Counted from the stretch's first letter, positions 1-14,517 are shown. The stretch: DNA of 64,000 nt from Lepidodermella squamata (GCA_047495785.1 JBLDXI010000002.1:1240001-1304000); one strand, 5' to 3'. The notes: generated from the letters alone by a model not told the origin. Numbers and translations are program-made.

Positions 1-1854
1 ATTTATAGCGGAAAAATTACTTCATTTATGCTCAACCTAATTTTTATAGACTTGTGGTTCTGAGTATACGCTTGAGATGAACTGCATCTATGTTTCGCTG
101 GAGATTCTACTTATCTCTGCGCGAAGTGTTGTGCCAAGTGGGCGGTTTTTTATTTGCGCGCATGTATGTGATACCTACTGAAAAGCCCCGGAGAAGCGAA
201 ACGCGCAGATAACATAGTAGTAAAGTAGATGACAACATCATGTTTCTTATAAACGGGGCGTTATCCCGCTTCTGCTGCTTCTAATAATGACGCGGATGAG
301 TGCGCTTCTATGTGGGTTGTTTATAAAGCGTGATTTTTTATTTTTAAACACATCCCAGCGTTATCCTGTCATTAAAAGATAGTTTTCCCAGTATTTTTTT
401 TGCTCGGTCATTGTGCGTTATCTGCCTACGTATCAAGGAAATCTGAAGGTGGATGGAAGTCGTAGTTTTTTTCCGGACGGATAAAAAATGAACTCTAGTT
501 CATTCTTACCTTTATTATATTATTATATTCCCCCTCTTATCGCGTTAATGTAGTAAAAAAAAAACCAGCATGCATGTTACATTCATGGCCCCATTTACGC
601 GCCGATCGTTTCGACCTACGTCGATGAGCAATATAGATACCAAGCCAAGTTTTTGTGGGCAGGCAAAAACAAATTGAGCGTAAAACAACGTGACGTCATT
701 CATTCACAACACAGTTTTGGTGATAAACTTTTCAAGGCGGACTTTAATAAATTTTATCGTGAATTTGAATGATTTTTAACAGCACGTTCTCCCCGTTTTT
801 AGTTGACTGAGGTAAATTGTTTGCACACGCGTATGATAACGCCAGTATATTGTACCTGTTCTTGCCTTATCAGTGGTTTTTCTATACAACTTACTTGTTT
901 TATACTTCCATTCTTTCTTTCATCCCGTCTAATGTCAAGTATATAACTACCTATATAGCGCTCAGCCTACGCTTATGCCATTATACTTAGTATAGCGAAG
1001 ACTGCTGTTCAGGGCGACACAAAAAATATAGGTATGCAAATATTACACTGATGACAGCTTTTTCTTCTACAAATGAGAGGCATGAGGCGATGTTGAAGCC
1101 CATCGGCACGGCTGGTTGGTTGGTTAGTTGAGTTTTTCACGATTTACGCACACGGCAAAGCACCGCTACAGTATCAGCCTACGTTTCATTCATGAAAACG
1201 CTACTTTTTATATTATTATTATACGTCACACCAAGTTATACTACTACTGCCGCGACATATGTTTTACTGTCGGCCAACATTATTTCTTCTTTTTTGTTGA
1301 GAGGAGAATTATTATTTACACGAGTTGATTATTATTCTCTCACAAGTTTTTTGTATCACCGCACGGGTTTATTTTTTATTCGGCGTAGTACTTAGCCCCC
1401 AACACCCCCAACTTTCATATTTCCCTCTCTTCACTTCCCCGCAGATTTTTCTTGAATAAATATTTGAATTTTTTGTCGCGTGGTGCACGCTGGCGTGATG
1501 AATAACCATCTTATTTTGGCTGAAAAAACTGGAAAAAAATTCGCGCTAAGCCGCCGCTACCTCCCGTATTGGCTAGCTTCAACGCCTACTTCTTCCAACC
1601 TATTGTTCAACTGAAAGCTTCCTCTATGACAACTTTAGTAGGTGATGAAAATGACCGTTGTCAGTTGTCATCTTTCAGTTCAGATTATTTAGATGAATTC
1701 CGAAGTTTTATCTTATCTCAAGATAGAAAGTGCTCTCAGATTAATACCGTAATTTGTCTTGTTTTTCTCCACGACTACGATTGCTCTAATTATTGCCTGA
1801 ATTTAGGTTATTAGTGTCTTATATTATGAAGGAAAATTTGAATGTTTACGTGTG

Positions 1855-3489
1855 ATGCAAAATCAACACCAAGAATCGGAAAACGGCGACAAAAACAATC
1901 ACACCGAGGCTGTTCAGTCGCTGTTAGAAGAGCAATTCTCGCGAATTTTAGGCTCTTTAAACAGCGATATTAGCAGTAATGCGGCATCGATACCAGTTGC
2001 GAGGCAAGGCCAGGAGAACCAGCCGCCGCCGCTGTCCCGGCGGACGTTTTCCCTAGGCGCCGCGCCGCACAACGCCGATAATACTTACATTCTAGATCTC
2101 AGTCGACCGGGCGAGACAGCGACAACTCGCTCGCAAAACCAGCTTGAAGTCGTTCGAAGTGATGTTAACAATCACCATTTGCCAACCTGCGTCCGCGGCT
2201 CGTCTTCTTTCTCGTCGAAAAAAGGCGGCGCCGCTTCGAAGAAGCGATCGAACACCAGCAAGTTGGATGAGTCATCGATGAAATGCCAGGGCAAATGCTG
2301 CCGGCCTCTTCACATTTTACCACCACCGCATGCGTCAATCATCGAAGACGAAGAAATGGCGTGCAAATTGCGGATAAATGCCGCGAATCGGCGCAATCAT
2401 CATCAAGTTCACGAGTTCACGCTCAGAAATCCTGACCGGAGTTTCGATCGGAGTCACTTTGATATTATCAATAGGATACCCCCGCTACCCGGATCTTCGT
2501 CCTTTGTAAGAGGAAAAAATTAAGGGTGATTTTTTTAAAAAAAAATTCAATTTTTTGTAGACCTCTCGAGAAAGCGGAAATTCGTCATGCTCCACCGGCG
2601 ATGACATTCGGTCGCTCGATACAGCTAACGGCCGGTGTCCAGACTGCGGTCGGTGCAAATGTGCCCGATGCATCGAGAAACAACCGGTATCGTGCTGTGG
2701 TGGCAGTGTGAGTGAAGACTGTTTCGCCGATGCGCTATCGTGCATGTGCTGCGTGAAAGGCGTCGCCAGTTTATTTGCTTCGTCGAAGAAAAAGCGCAAA
2801 CCAAGGTCTAGTTCATCCTCAACATCGTCATCGGCTTGCTCGTCCACTACGAAAACAGCCCCGCCGCCGTCTCAGCTTCATCGCCGTGCTCGTCATATAT
2901 CTCAACTACCTACGCCTACTGGCTCAATGTCCAATAATACAGGTAAATTTGAAATTTTTTTTTAAATTTTTTCAAATTTATACAAAAAAATTTGAAAATA
3001 TTTTATTGAAAAATTAATTGGTATAAAAAATTAAATTTTAATTTTTCCAGAATTTTTTGAAATTTCTATGAATTTATTTTTCATTTTTTTTGTCAATTTT
3101 TAGGGTTCCAGGTATACGTAGATAGCTCTGACGAAGATAGCGATGTCGAGGATGGTTGCTTCGGCCTGACGTCATCAAACCCGTGCTCGTGTAAAGGCCC
3201 GCCTCGGAAACGCGCGTTTCGATTCGCTTGCCTTTCAATCGCCTCGCTGTTCCTCCCATGCCTACTGTGTTACTTGCCGCTGCGAGCCGCCGGCCGCGGC
3301 ATCCGCTGGTGCTTCAACCGGAAACGGGCGCCGAACGCGTGTCGCTGCCCGCGCTCAAGTAAGTCCTCATCGGCCCTAAGCAGCGATACAAAATCAACGC
3401 CTCGAGTTAGCGGCCACGAGCCGGTTCTAGTGGTTCTGCCCGGCCGCTCGACGGACCCGAAATCGCGACGTCTTGCGAAGAAGTGGTGA
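1855..3489 (+). CDS. spry: Sprouty family RTK/ERK antagonist; 3 exons (1855-2505, 2561-2942, 3104-3489)
   Basis: The spliced translation gives the Cys-rich SPR domain: CPDCGRCKCARC...LSCMCCVKG...NPCSC...SLFLPCLLCYLPLR...CRC. The N-terminal NTYILD resembles the Sprouty Tyr motif. GT-AG introns are phase-compatible. Confidence 0.9.
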
Positions 3490-4981
3490 AACACGAATTA
3501 TTTTATACTCAAATTTCACGCATGGCTTGGCGGCAACTGGAGCGATACGCGTTTGCTCAAGATATTCGACGAGAAATAATAATAATAATTTTTGTAGCCG
3601 ATGAATGTTTGTTGTGCGGAGCGGTGAGCTAGTTGTTGGAAAAAAATCGCTATTTTTCTCACTTTTTTGTTTGGTCACGTCTGACTGCGATTTCGATGTT
3701 ATGCGCGGCTGCGAAACTACTTCAACTTGCCTCTAACCCGGTGTTATACTTGAATTATTTATCACTAAATTAGCTCGAGATGTTGGATAAAATTATAATT
3801 TATTATTTGGTTTATTTTTCCACCTAATTCAAAGCGAGAAAGAGAGAGCTTGTTGTTTTATTCGAATGAGAATCACTTCGCTGTCCCGGTTGTTCTTGCT
3901 AGGTGATTTTTCGTTCGGATGCTTACTAATAGAGAGTTTCCCCCTTTGAATTTCTCCATTCGTTTTTGCACATCTCAACATACAGACTATATTGTTATCG
4001 TTTTTTTCGACGATTCTAAAATAGTTTCAATAAATGCCGAGGTCGTATGACTTTTGACTTTTACCTTGTGGTGGTGCATGCCGTGCATTATCACTAAAAA
4101 TGCTAGAAATAGTCGGCTATCTTGAGCGGCTGGTGCCCCGCTTGTTGTTTTAAGAGCCGCTGAAAAAAAACTCCCCATACCGCAACAGTTTTGCTCGTCC
4201 CCAAAAGTTGTTTTCTTTTCACTGCGTGAGCTATCATATCTCGTTTCTTTTTTGCCTCTCTCTCTTTCTCGATAGACAGCTTCGTCTTAGAATTAATATT
4301 TTGTTCGGTAAAAATTTGTCGGAGACAATGTTAAAAAAACGCGAGAAAGGAATGATGAAAAAAATAAAGAACTGATAATATAAAATTATTGCGGTTGTTG
4401 TATTTTGAAAATTCCACTTTAATAGTGACTTTTGCACTGGTTTTTTTTATTTGTCGGTTTTTTCTTTTTTTATCAAAAGGAGTGGCTAAGTGAGTCGTTA
4501 TTACTTAAATTATTACCCATTTGACCCTGTTTCAAAACCGACAAATAAAAACCAGTGCAAAACCCACTAATATCTGGGAAATTTTGCGATTTTTAACCCT
4601 GTTTTTCCCAAATTTTCAGATAAGACCGCGCATCGATAAGGCGAGAACGAACGTTCCAGAATATTTGCTGGTCATTTTTTTTCTTGTCAATGAAAAAATT
4701 ATTAAAACCGACAGGTGCGCGTGTCAGTGAAAGATTCGCACCTCTAAATCTTAATTATACCAAACTAATTACGCAGTCGAGGTTCATCACCATGTTTTTT
4801 TTGTATTTAAAGTCACCCTCGACGCGTGTGCCTTTTGCACCTGGTTTGCACCCGCTCACCCGAGAGAAAACACGTGTCGTCATTTTTTTTACGGCTCAGC
4901 AACCTTTGTTTATTGACTTGATTCTGCTGTTTTACATAAAAATCGTAAAATACACTGTACAGTAAAAAGAGATTCATTATT

Positions 4982-7900
4982 TTAAGAGACGTAGGAGAAT
5001 TTCAGAACGAAACCAGCCCGGTTTTGGGTGCTATCAGATTGAAATTTCAGATACACAACATTCTCCGTGCTGATGTAAGGCGCGGGCGCTGTCATGCCGC
5101 AGAAAATCCCGCCAAGCGGGCTCTGATCATTCACTCCATCATAGATTTTCAGCTTATCATACAGGCAAGTGAGGCTCGGTTCCATGTCGAACGGCTCGAA
5201 AAATTCTAGGCGAATACGGTGACCAGACGGGGCGGAGATTCGGTAGTTGCACACGTCATTCGCGAAATACCGCCCGTTCTCCTCATCAGCCGGCGAGGAC
5301 AAAACGCGTTTCGAGGGTGGGACGGACGGATTGAAGTCGAAAACGCGCCCATGGCACGGTTCTCGCAGCCGATCCACCTCAAGCGTGCCCACAGTCACCA
5401 TTTCCGTCGTAGTTTCAGGCGGCTCAGTGGTTGTGACCACCCTCTTAGGGGCGATTCTACCCACGGTAACTGGTCTCAAATCAGATTTTGACGGGAAGTG
5501 CCGCCCAGCTGCCGATCTGTGGATAGGTTGGAAGCTCAAATCGAACCCTGGCATCACTAAGGTCGGCGCTTTCCGCGAGGTTTCAACGATTTCTAGCGTG
5601 GGCTGTTGCCATGGGTAGCGATTTTTCGATTCATACGACTCGTAATTATTCGCCTGGCCGAACCAATTTCCGTCGACGAACGACGGCCCGGACGAGCCGC
5701 GGTTCAAATTCTGCCGCGGGTTCCAAGAAAATCGCAATTTCGGGCTGGTGAAAATCGGCAATTGATAAAACATTGTCGTAGTCATTTGCGTTGTTGTAGT
5801 GGAAGTTGAGGTCGTAGGTGTAGTGGTCGTAGTACTAGTCGTTGTAGTAGTCGAAGGTTGAGTCAAAATTTCCAATTTTGTCGTAACTTTTTCCGTCGTA
5901 GTAGTTGTACTCGTCGTCGATCTAGGAACTTGAGTAGCCGTTACAGTTATCCTAAAACCCCGCATCTCAATCGCCTCGTCTGTGTTAAATTTGATCAAAG
6001 CAGCATTTGTCGCGGTTAAAATATCGGGCAGATGCATTTGACCGCAAAATGGGCCGTAAATTTTCGGCCCAGAAATGCCGCCGTCGTAAATTATCAACCT
6101 GTCGCGGAAACACCCCTCCGAGTACTGCAGGTCGAAATCATCGAAGCGGAACCGTAGCTTCGACTCGGCGTGCGACGCCCTGATATTCCACATGCATTCG
6201 TCGTTCGAAACGTACTGATTTCCGTAGTAATTAGGCGTGACCAGAATTACGGCTGTGTCATTCTCCCACTGCTCGGCTTCAGGTGAGATGACCTCGACTG
6301 GCATGATTTGCCCGCTACAACGCAACGCGTTTTTCGACACCTGGTTGTTGTGGGTGTAGGGTCCGAAGGGTGACCACGAGGGCCCACTTGGCCCGGCTTG
6401 ATGGGCGTTTCTCCCGGTCGGGTTCATCGGACCTGAGGCGGAATCTCGATAGATTTGCTGCTCGTCGAAAAGAGGCAAATTCGGGTCGATGTAAACCATT
6501 GTGGTGGTAGTCCTAGTTGTCATGGGGGTTGTAGTGGTAGTGGTAGTACTAGTCGTAGTCGTAGTCGGGGTGGTTGTGGTCGTAGTACTCGTCGTAGTAG
6601 TTGTGGTTGAGGTCGTAGTGCTAGTCGTAGTTGGTGTAGTCTCGGTAGTTGAAGTCGAAGTTCGATCGTCCTCTTCGAACAGAACGCCGCCATATTCTAA
6701 AGAGGCAGGTCCTTCCTCGCTGAAATGATCGGCCTCCTGGGAGGTAGTGTACTCGGCCATGAACCCAGCGTACTCGATCGAGTTGTCACTGAAGAAGCGG
6801 ATGGTCATTTTTCGACCCGAACTAACCAGCTCAGGAGGCGCATTCAAGCCGCAAAACCTTTCAAAGACAAAAAACGGATTTTTAAACAAATTAAAAGAAA
6901 TTGAAATAAAAATTTTGAAATTTCAAAAATTTTGAAATTTTAGAAATATAATTTTCCAACAATTCCAATTTTTCGAAATTTCAAATTTTAAAAGAATAAA
7001 AAAAATTGAAATTTGAATTTCAAATCAATTTAAAAAAATTCCACTCACTTTCCAAGTACTGGGGCAGTTTCGTTTCCACCGTCGTAGACAATCACGTGGT
7101 CATTCGCGCAATTCGGAGTTCGATTTTCGATGAAAAATGTATTAAATCTCAACCTGACTTTATTCGCAGTCTCATCAGCCGCTATCACCCACTTGCAGCT
7201 ATCGCTAGCGAAATACTTCCGACCCGACCCGTAATTCGGACTAGTAAACGTATTCACCCGGTCTGAAGTAGCAGGCGGTAGCCGCATCGCCCGGCCGTGG
7301 CACGGCCGCAAATTATCGATGGTCGCCGTGTTGACTGAGACTGACTCATAGCGCAGGCGGAACCCGGCGTCTTCAACAGTTCGGTCCGAAAAGAACTTGA
7401 CCAAAACCTCAGGACCGGTGCTAATGAACGAAAAATCGCGACCGTCCGTACCGCATAGTTTCCGAACACTTTCACTCTCCTCGGTAGGGCCGTCGAAAAT
7501 CACGACGTAATCCGCTAGGCAGGCAATGTCACTCAAACCGCGCTCGACGCGAAATTCCTCAAAGGTCAACCGGATTCGCTCACTCGCCTTGCCCTGTTTT
7601 GTTTCATACGTATCATTCGCGGTGATCAACCAGGCGCAGTCTAAGCTGGGTGGGTAAAACGGGGACGACTCCTCGAGACCAAAATCTTTGTGAGAGCTCA
7701 AGTAACGAGGGTTGCGATCCGCCTCGAGAATTCGCGGACCGCCGGCCTTACTACGACACGCCCATCTCGGCGTGGCGGAGATTCGATTCCTATGATGCGA
7801 CCCGCTTCTCTCTCGGTACCGCTTCTGGCCCCGGTCCGTTGATTCCGTAGTTCGGGTTTCGCCGTAGTCGTAGTAGTCATTATTAGGGGTCGAAGGATTG

Positions 7901-10900
7901 GGGGAGGTGATAGGAGGCGCTGGGACTGGTACTGGGACAGCCTGGGGTAGCTCAGGTAGCGGAATTGTGGCCGGAATGACGGCAACTCGAGGTTTGTTAT
8001 CATTCATTAAATTCACGTGCTGCTCATTCGACATTGTATAGTCATCGAAGGCAGCGACAAACCCTGCGTAGTTATTCGCGGGGTTTGACTGGAATTTAAC
8101 GAATAACGACCCGCTTGTTTCACTGATGATTTCTTTAGGTAGGGTTGATCCGCAGTAGACTGCTAGCAACGGAGCTGTCTCAGCCGGTCCGTCGTAGACT
8201 GATAAAGAATCGCCGGGTAAACAGCGCGGGCTCGGCGGTTCGAGGTCGAAGTAGCGGAAGGTGATCCGGACGCGGTTTGACGGCCGGCTGGGTGAGGTGA
8301 TGATCCAGTAGCAGACGTCTCGGGACGGGTAGCTGCGACCTGGGCCGAAATTAGGGCTGGTGAAGAATTGCGGCATTCCGGTGGCGACGAGTTGGTGCAA
8401 ACGGCCATCGCAGCGCTCTTGCTCGATGGGCGGCGTGATTTCTTGCTGCGCAAAAGTGAGCGGTAGGGTGGCTAGTGGGACGATCGGCTCGGTTGTAAGA
8501 GGAACGGGCACTGTAACAGGGGCCGTTTCCGGTTCGGTTGTTGATGTTTCGGTATCCTCGATTGCTAAATCAATTGCAAATTCAAATTAACTAAAATTCA
8601 AGTCAATTCTAACTCAAATATGAATAAATTTCAATTTATTTTAAACTAATTTTTTCTTAATTTTTTAGGAATGAAAATATCGAAAAATTGAGACGATTTT
8701 ATTAATCATAGAAATAAAATTCAAGGTTCAGGTGTTAAATTTCTCCAAAATGTTTTGTGAATTAAAGGTCTCAATTTGTCCACATGATGCCTAACCGATA
8801 GATCTAACAATTCTACGCGATTACCAGTCAGTTAGTTATACTTCAGTCTACAAAGCCGATATTGATTTTCGATTTTTGGTATCGATTTAGAAAATCAGTG
8901 ATTTTCCCGATATTAACAGCCTTGGAAACCAGCATTAATATTTTTAAAAACCTGAAAAATCCCAACATTACAGGATGTATATGTATCGGCAAAGAAAGAA
9001 AAACGTCGAAATCTCAGAAAAATGTAGAGCTGGAACTTCAATTTAAGTGGCGCAATATTTTTATACCAAAAAAATAAACAGTGAAGTCTTCTGAAAATTA
9101 GACACATACACCCATAGACATCTTAAATTATGTCGATGCATACACCTCATACACTTAAAAATGTTGCCAACATTTTCGAGATTTGTAGAAAATCTCTTTA
9201 CCATCTATTAAAGGAAAAGTCTCAACTTACGCTCTGCTCCGAATTCTGCATAGAAACCAGCATATGACAGCATAGCATCACTGTGGAACCGAAGCGACAA
9301 CTGATTGCCGGATGAGACAACATTCGGCGGCAACTGCTCGCCGCAATATCGCCCAATCAACGGATAAGTAGCACCCGGGCCGTCGTAGATCTCAACGTAA
9401 TCGTTCTGACAAAACGGACTGCCGCTTTCCAAGTGAAATTTGACGAAACGCAGCCGAATTCGCGTTTTCGGTATAGGCGAGCGAATTTCCCACTGGCAGC
9501 GGTCGTCATTTGCGTAGTTTGATGAGCCGAAATTAGGAGTGGCTAGCGAGCCACGTTTTCCTAGCACCGCGTTCATAACAATAATATTAGCATGGTTCCG
9601 GCATTTCCCTCGAATCGGCTCGTAAACCAGCTTAAACTGCCCGTCCGTTGTAGGAGCCATCGTCGTTGTAGTCGTAGCATCTGGCCAGGTATAGGGCGGT
9701 ACAGTGGGTGGCAGAACTGGAAGTACCTCGGGCGGGAGGTGTTTCATAACATCAGGTCGAGGAATCAAATCAGGATCGGCATTTTCATCGTATTCACTCG
9801 GCTCATGAGAGGAAGGTTGCCTATTCCATTGCCGGTCTTTTTTCGGAACTCGAATTATCTCGGGCTCTGATTGGCCTTTCCCGACAACGCCGCGAATTAA
9901 GGCTTGCAGAAAATTGATAGTTGCATTATCGATTTCGCCCTCCTTAAAATTTTCAAATTTCACAATTTTTTCAAGAAATTATCAAAATATTTACCTTTGA
10001 AACTGGATTACTGTGAGTTGTAGTGGTAGTAGGCGGTTGGGTTGAAGACCGAACTCGGGCATTGACGAGTTTCGAATCCGAATTTTCCGAACCTTCGACA
10101 TTAGTGAAATTGTAATGCAGTTTAAAGCCTTTCCCAGAACCAGCTGCATCGCTGTGAAATTTGATGAACATATACGGGCCGGTCGATTCGATTGGTTCAG
10201 GTTGACCCTGGCCGCAATAAACACCGAGAGGCTCGGCTGATGGATCGGCTGTTGGGCCATCGTAGATAGTCAGAGCATCGTGAGAACATAATGACTCGAG
10301 TTCGACATCAAAGGTTTCGAAATACAGCCTGAAAATTAATTTAATTCAAAAAATTAATTCAAAATTTAAAATTTTGTTAAATATTTTTGATTTTTACTGA
10401 CCTAATTCGCCGCTTAGCGTCTGCAATAATGAGCCAAGAGCACTCGTCAGAATCCGGGTAGAAACCTCGATTGAACCCGGCCGATTCGATGACGCCCGAT
10501 TCTGAAGTTAGCAGTGAACTCTTATTACCACATCGCCCAATTGCCGTATCAATATCGTGGGAATGCGACGATTTTCCATCGTTATCACGCGAGATTATCG
10601 CCATGAAGCCTTCTGGACCTTGGACCAACTTCGGGACTGGGACCAACGACTGAGGATCGTCTTCTTCACCATCGTCTTCATACTCATCATCGTACATTGC
10701 GGTGGTGCTCGTTGAAGTTGTTGAACGCGTTGTAGTCACCTTACAAAAAATTAAAAAATTAAGAGATTATTTTCCAAAATTTGAAGATTTACCTTTGGCC
10801 TTCTAGTTCGTTTAATAGGTTCCGCTTCAGTTGCGTAGTTAGGCCGTTCCATGCGGCTGATAGGTCGGGATGGGTCGTCGAAAAATTCGTAGTAAATCTT

Positions 10901-13695
10901 CGCGCCTTTATCCTCGCCACTCGAATCGCTGATAAATTTGATTTCAACAGAATTCGTCTTGGAAAAAACCGTCCCAGGCATTTCATGCCCACACATGTCT
11001 CGAAGAGGCTGGCGTGACGCGGAGGAGGGCGAACCCTCATCGTATTCTTCGGCAGATTGACCAACATCGAACATAATCAAGCTGTCTTTGACGCAATTCG
11101 GGCTGTCTTCGAGCGCAAATTTTTCGAAAACCAGCTTAATCCGCTGATTCGGGCCAGCAACAAGCAGCCATGAACACTGGTCATTCGCCGCGTAATTTCC
11201 CCTGCCGTGGTTCGGGGTAGTTATATAGCCAGGAGAGGTATTCAGGGTAAGCGCTCGGCCCATGCAAACCGGCTCAGGAGATTCTGAAATGAAATTGAAG
11301 CCTTAGCTAACTTTTCATTCTTCGGATATTAACTTACGAATTTGCTCGTATTCGATCTTGAAGCCATGATTAATCGGCAATTTCCCGCCATTTGTTGTGT
11401 AGCCGATCAGCAGTTCATTCGTCTCGCTAGTTATTGGAGGCGGTAGGCTAGGCCCGCAATGCTTGAATAGCAACCGGCCAAGATCGACCCCACCTGGTTT
11501 GTGCCCATTTTCCGGGTCGGATCGACCTTCGTACAACGAAACGCTATCAGCCGGGCAATTCTGGCCATATCGCAGGTTCATGGCTTTGAAGGTGACGCGA
11601 ATGCGACCCTCAGCCGGGGCTGATATCAGCCAGAAGCACTCGTCAGGCGCCGCTCTTCTTGTTGCAATCGCAGATTGGTCTGATTCTTGGGAAGTTTGAT
11701 ACCCGGGTGATTCGATCGAGCCACGTGGCGCGAATAACAGTTGCCGACGACCTCCGCAGTAAACATCACCAGTCAATTGCGGACGGCCAGCCTCAGAATC
11801 TTCATTCGACGAGTAGTTATCAATTCTTGCGGAAACAGAAGCATCTGCAACGAGAAATTTACAGAAATAACTGACGAGAATGAATTTTGTGATTTTCAAA
11901 CGATTTTACCGAAAAATTCGTAGCCGATCTGGAAGCCGGGATACTCGCCATTTTCATCAGTAGCGAATTTAATGAACGCAGTGTTGCCGGTCGTGAGAAT
12001 TTCGCGATCTGGAGGCGGAGATTTAGCGCCGCTAAAAATTTAAAATAAAATAAATCCAGCATAAAAAACGAAATTTTTCAATTTTACCAAAAAGCAGCTA
12101 TCAACGGCCCGGTTTCCGATGCTCCATCGTAAATATTAAGGTAGTCAGCGTAACATCCGGATTCAGGTTGCAGCATAAGAAATGAAAATCCGAGTCGAAT
12201 TCTAAAATTAAATTTTGGTATAAATTGAAAATTTCAATTCATCCATCAAGCATACCTTTTGTCCTCCGGAGCGATAATTTGCCAGAAGCATAAATCGGTT
12301 GGGTAGTAATTGCCGTAGCCAAAGTTAGGACTCGCTAATTGGCCTGATTCGGCGGTCAACAGCCTAATTCTCCCGTTACACTTGAGATTCGCACTGCTCT
12401 GCTTGTTGTTGTTATTATTGTTAACGTTCACATCCGACAATTCGCCAACACCCATCAATTTCTGTAACGACGGCGTCACCGGCTGCAAACGGACAACAGG
12501 TTGTGTGGTAAATTTCGCCCTGGGTGGCCTTGCCGTAGTCGAAGGGGTGGCCCAGTTCATCGGCGCTAGCGTTCCTGGGGTTAACGGGGTCGAGAAGGCT
12601 GGGTCATTTTCGTAAATCCGACTATTTGACGGACTAAAAGCCGCTAGATCGTACAAATTGTTGTCGAACGGCGTTGTTGTTTGAGTAACGGGTTTTTGCG
12701 TGATTTTCGGCTTTTCAGTCTCGCCACTGGTCATCGGCAGTTGCCGCCTCGATTGACCAACCGGGCGAATTTTCGGCCGAATTATTGGCCGAGGGGCTGG
12801 AGTAACCGGCCGTTCAGTTGTTTGTGTAACCATGGGCGTAGTTGTTGAGGCCTCTTCAACCTCCTCGTATTCGAAATCTTCCTCGTCTTCGTACTCGGCG
12901 CCCTCCGCGAATTCTTCGCCAAGAGTTGGCGGGTTAGTCACAGGTTTTATATCCTCAATGCCTCGATATGAAATTCTGAAAAAAAAATAAAAATTAATAC
13001 GAAAATTATTGACGTAAATAAGCTTGCCTAAATCCTGTGTTATCTGCGCTGGGGAGGTGTGAGAATGAGCGAAAAGCGATCATAACTTCAGAGCCGCGGC
13101 TCTCGATATCTTCCGGCCTGTTTTGACCGCAAAGCGTAGCAATTGGAGTATTAGCCGCTTGATTGTCATTCCCGCCCCCTGTGTCAAAAACCACCAGATG
13201 ATCACCCGAACATCCCGGGGTGTCTACTACGTCAAAATAGTCGAAAGCAAGTCTGTAGAAAATTCGAGAAATTACTTCAGTAAAAATTGAATGTAGATTA
13301 AAGTACCTTATTCGATAGGTTGAGGGCATTCGGATGAACCAATAACAAGTATCGATTGTTTTAAATTGTTTCCGCTCGATCTCAGTCCACGGCGGTCGCC
13401 ATGTTATCGAGCCGTCCATTGCTGTTAGGGTGACTGACTCACCCTGGCATTTCGTTTTTTCCTCCGATATCGGCTCTATGCGGCGTTCTTCCGCAAAAAT
13501 ACGCGGCGGTAGCAGGTCGCCAATCGGCGCGGGTAGCGGCGGCATTTGCAGCGAAACAGGCATCTCCGCGCTGATTTTCTCCGGTACCAATGGCGGCAAT
13601 TGCGCGTGAAGGCCCACCGGCGCGCCTCTCGGCATATCCATGCCATTGATTAAGGTGGAGAGGGTGGGTAAAAGAACATACAAAATTACACGCAT
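4982..13695 (-). CDS. Large secreted multi-CUB protein (11 CUB domains separated by Thr/Pro-rich mucin-like linkers), about 12 exons, roughly 2,450 aa
   Basis: Signal peptide MRVILYVLLPTLSTLING. CUB signatures (C..G...SPNY/F...Y...D.C.W.I...I.L.F..F..E...C..D.L.IYDG...CG...F.SD...GF) recur across ORFs 13006-13695, 12246-12941, 11315-11899, 10751-11263, 10377-10739, 9208-9963, 7045-8511 and 4982-6889. Poly-Thr tracts present; no TM segment seen. Confidence 0.88.
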
Positions 13696-14380
13696 TGCCT
13701 GGGTTTCGAAAAATTAATTTTTAATATGGAAGAGTATAACCAGGTAATTTTAATAATTCCGCGGCGCCAATGGAGCAATTATTACCCGGGTTGAAGCGCG
13801 CGTGCAAAGGTCGCGCACTGCTCGCAGTTGCGCAACGCGCCGTGTTCGGCGTAGCGTGACTCCTAGCGGGTACTCGGAAACACTTTTACACTGCATGCCT
13901 TTTATTGCTGTTATACTAAGCGACGCGTAATAAAATCAGTGTGTTGTCATTAGCCGCGACCCCTGGCAGCAAAAAGTCGCCGACGATTCCGGGCCACGAT
14001 ACGAGATAATCGCGTTAAATTTAAACACGGATGAAATTAGTAACGGCGATGAGATCATCAGGTAACACGAAACCGAAACAAAATTTCTAGCTTCAGGTTA
14101 TTATCGTTATATTATAAGAAACATGTAAATGAACTTCAACCTACTTTTTAGCTGAGTTCATAACAGCTAATTATAACCAAAGGCTAGAATTAACAACACG
14201 CGTAAATATTACGGTTGGGCACAAATAAACAAAAAAATATTCGAAAAAAGTTTGGAAGAAAAAAATAAGCCAATTTAACCACTTGTGCAATGTCTCGCTT
14301 TGAGTGCGAAGCTAGACGACAATAAGATAACAAAAAGGTAGACCCAAGCTAAACATCCTGCGCATTTCCGCGTATCAAGA

Positions 14381-14517
14381 ACAATACAATTTTCAACAAC
14401 AAAGCCGCAACGACAAATTATTCTGAAAATTCTCAATTTTATTTCTCACGTCAAAAAATTGATTGATAAAATTTCACAATAAATCACGATAAATTACTTG
14501 AATCATATTTTCAAGAC
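14381..14517. repeat. Direct-repeat copy 1 (~135 bp) of the AGA stop codon / 3' UTR / poly(A) region
   Basis: caacgacaaattattctgaaaattctcaattttatttc...tcaaaaaattgattgataaaatttcacaataaatcacgataaatta...catattttcaagac closely matches 17169-17299. Confidence 0.85.

Noticed and set aside
1-1850. Short ORFs upstream of sprouty, and at 62867-63827
   Set aside because: AT-rich UTR or intergenic composition with no domain signatures.
6501-6728. Poly-Val ORF on the + strand
   Set aside because: Antisense shadow of the poly-Thr linker in the CUB gene.
4982-13695. Calling the CUB protein cubilin or tolloid/BMP1
   Set aside because: No EGF or astacin domains, and the CUBs are separated by mucin-like linkers.
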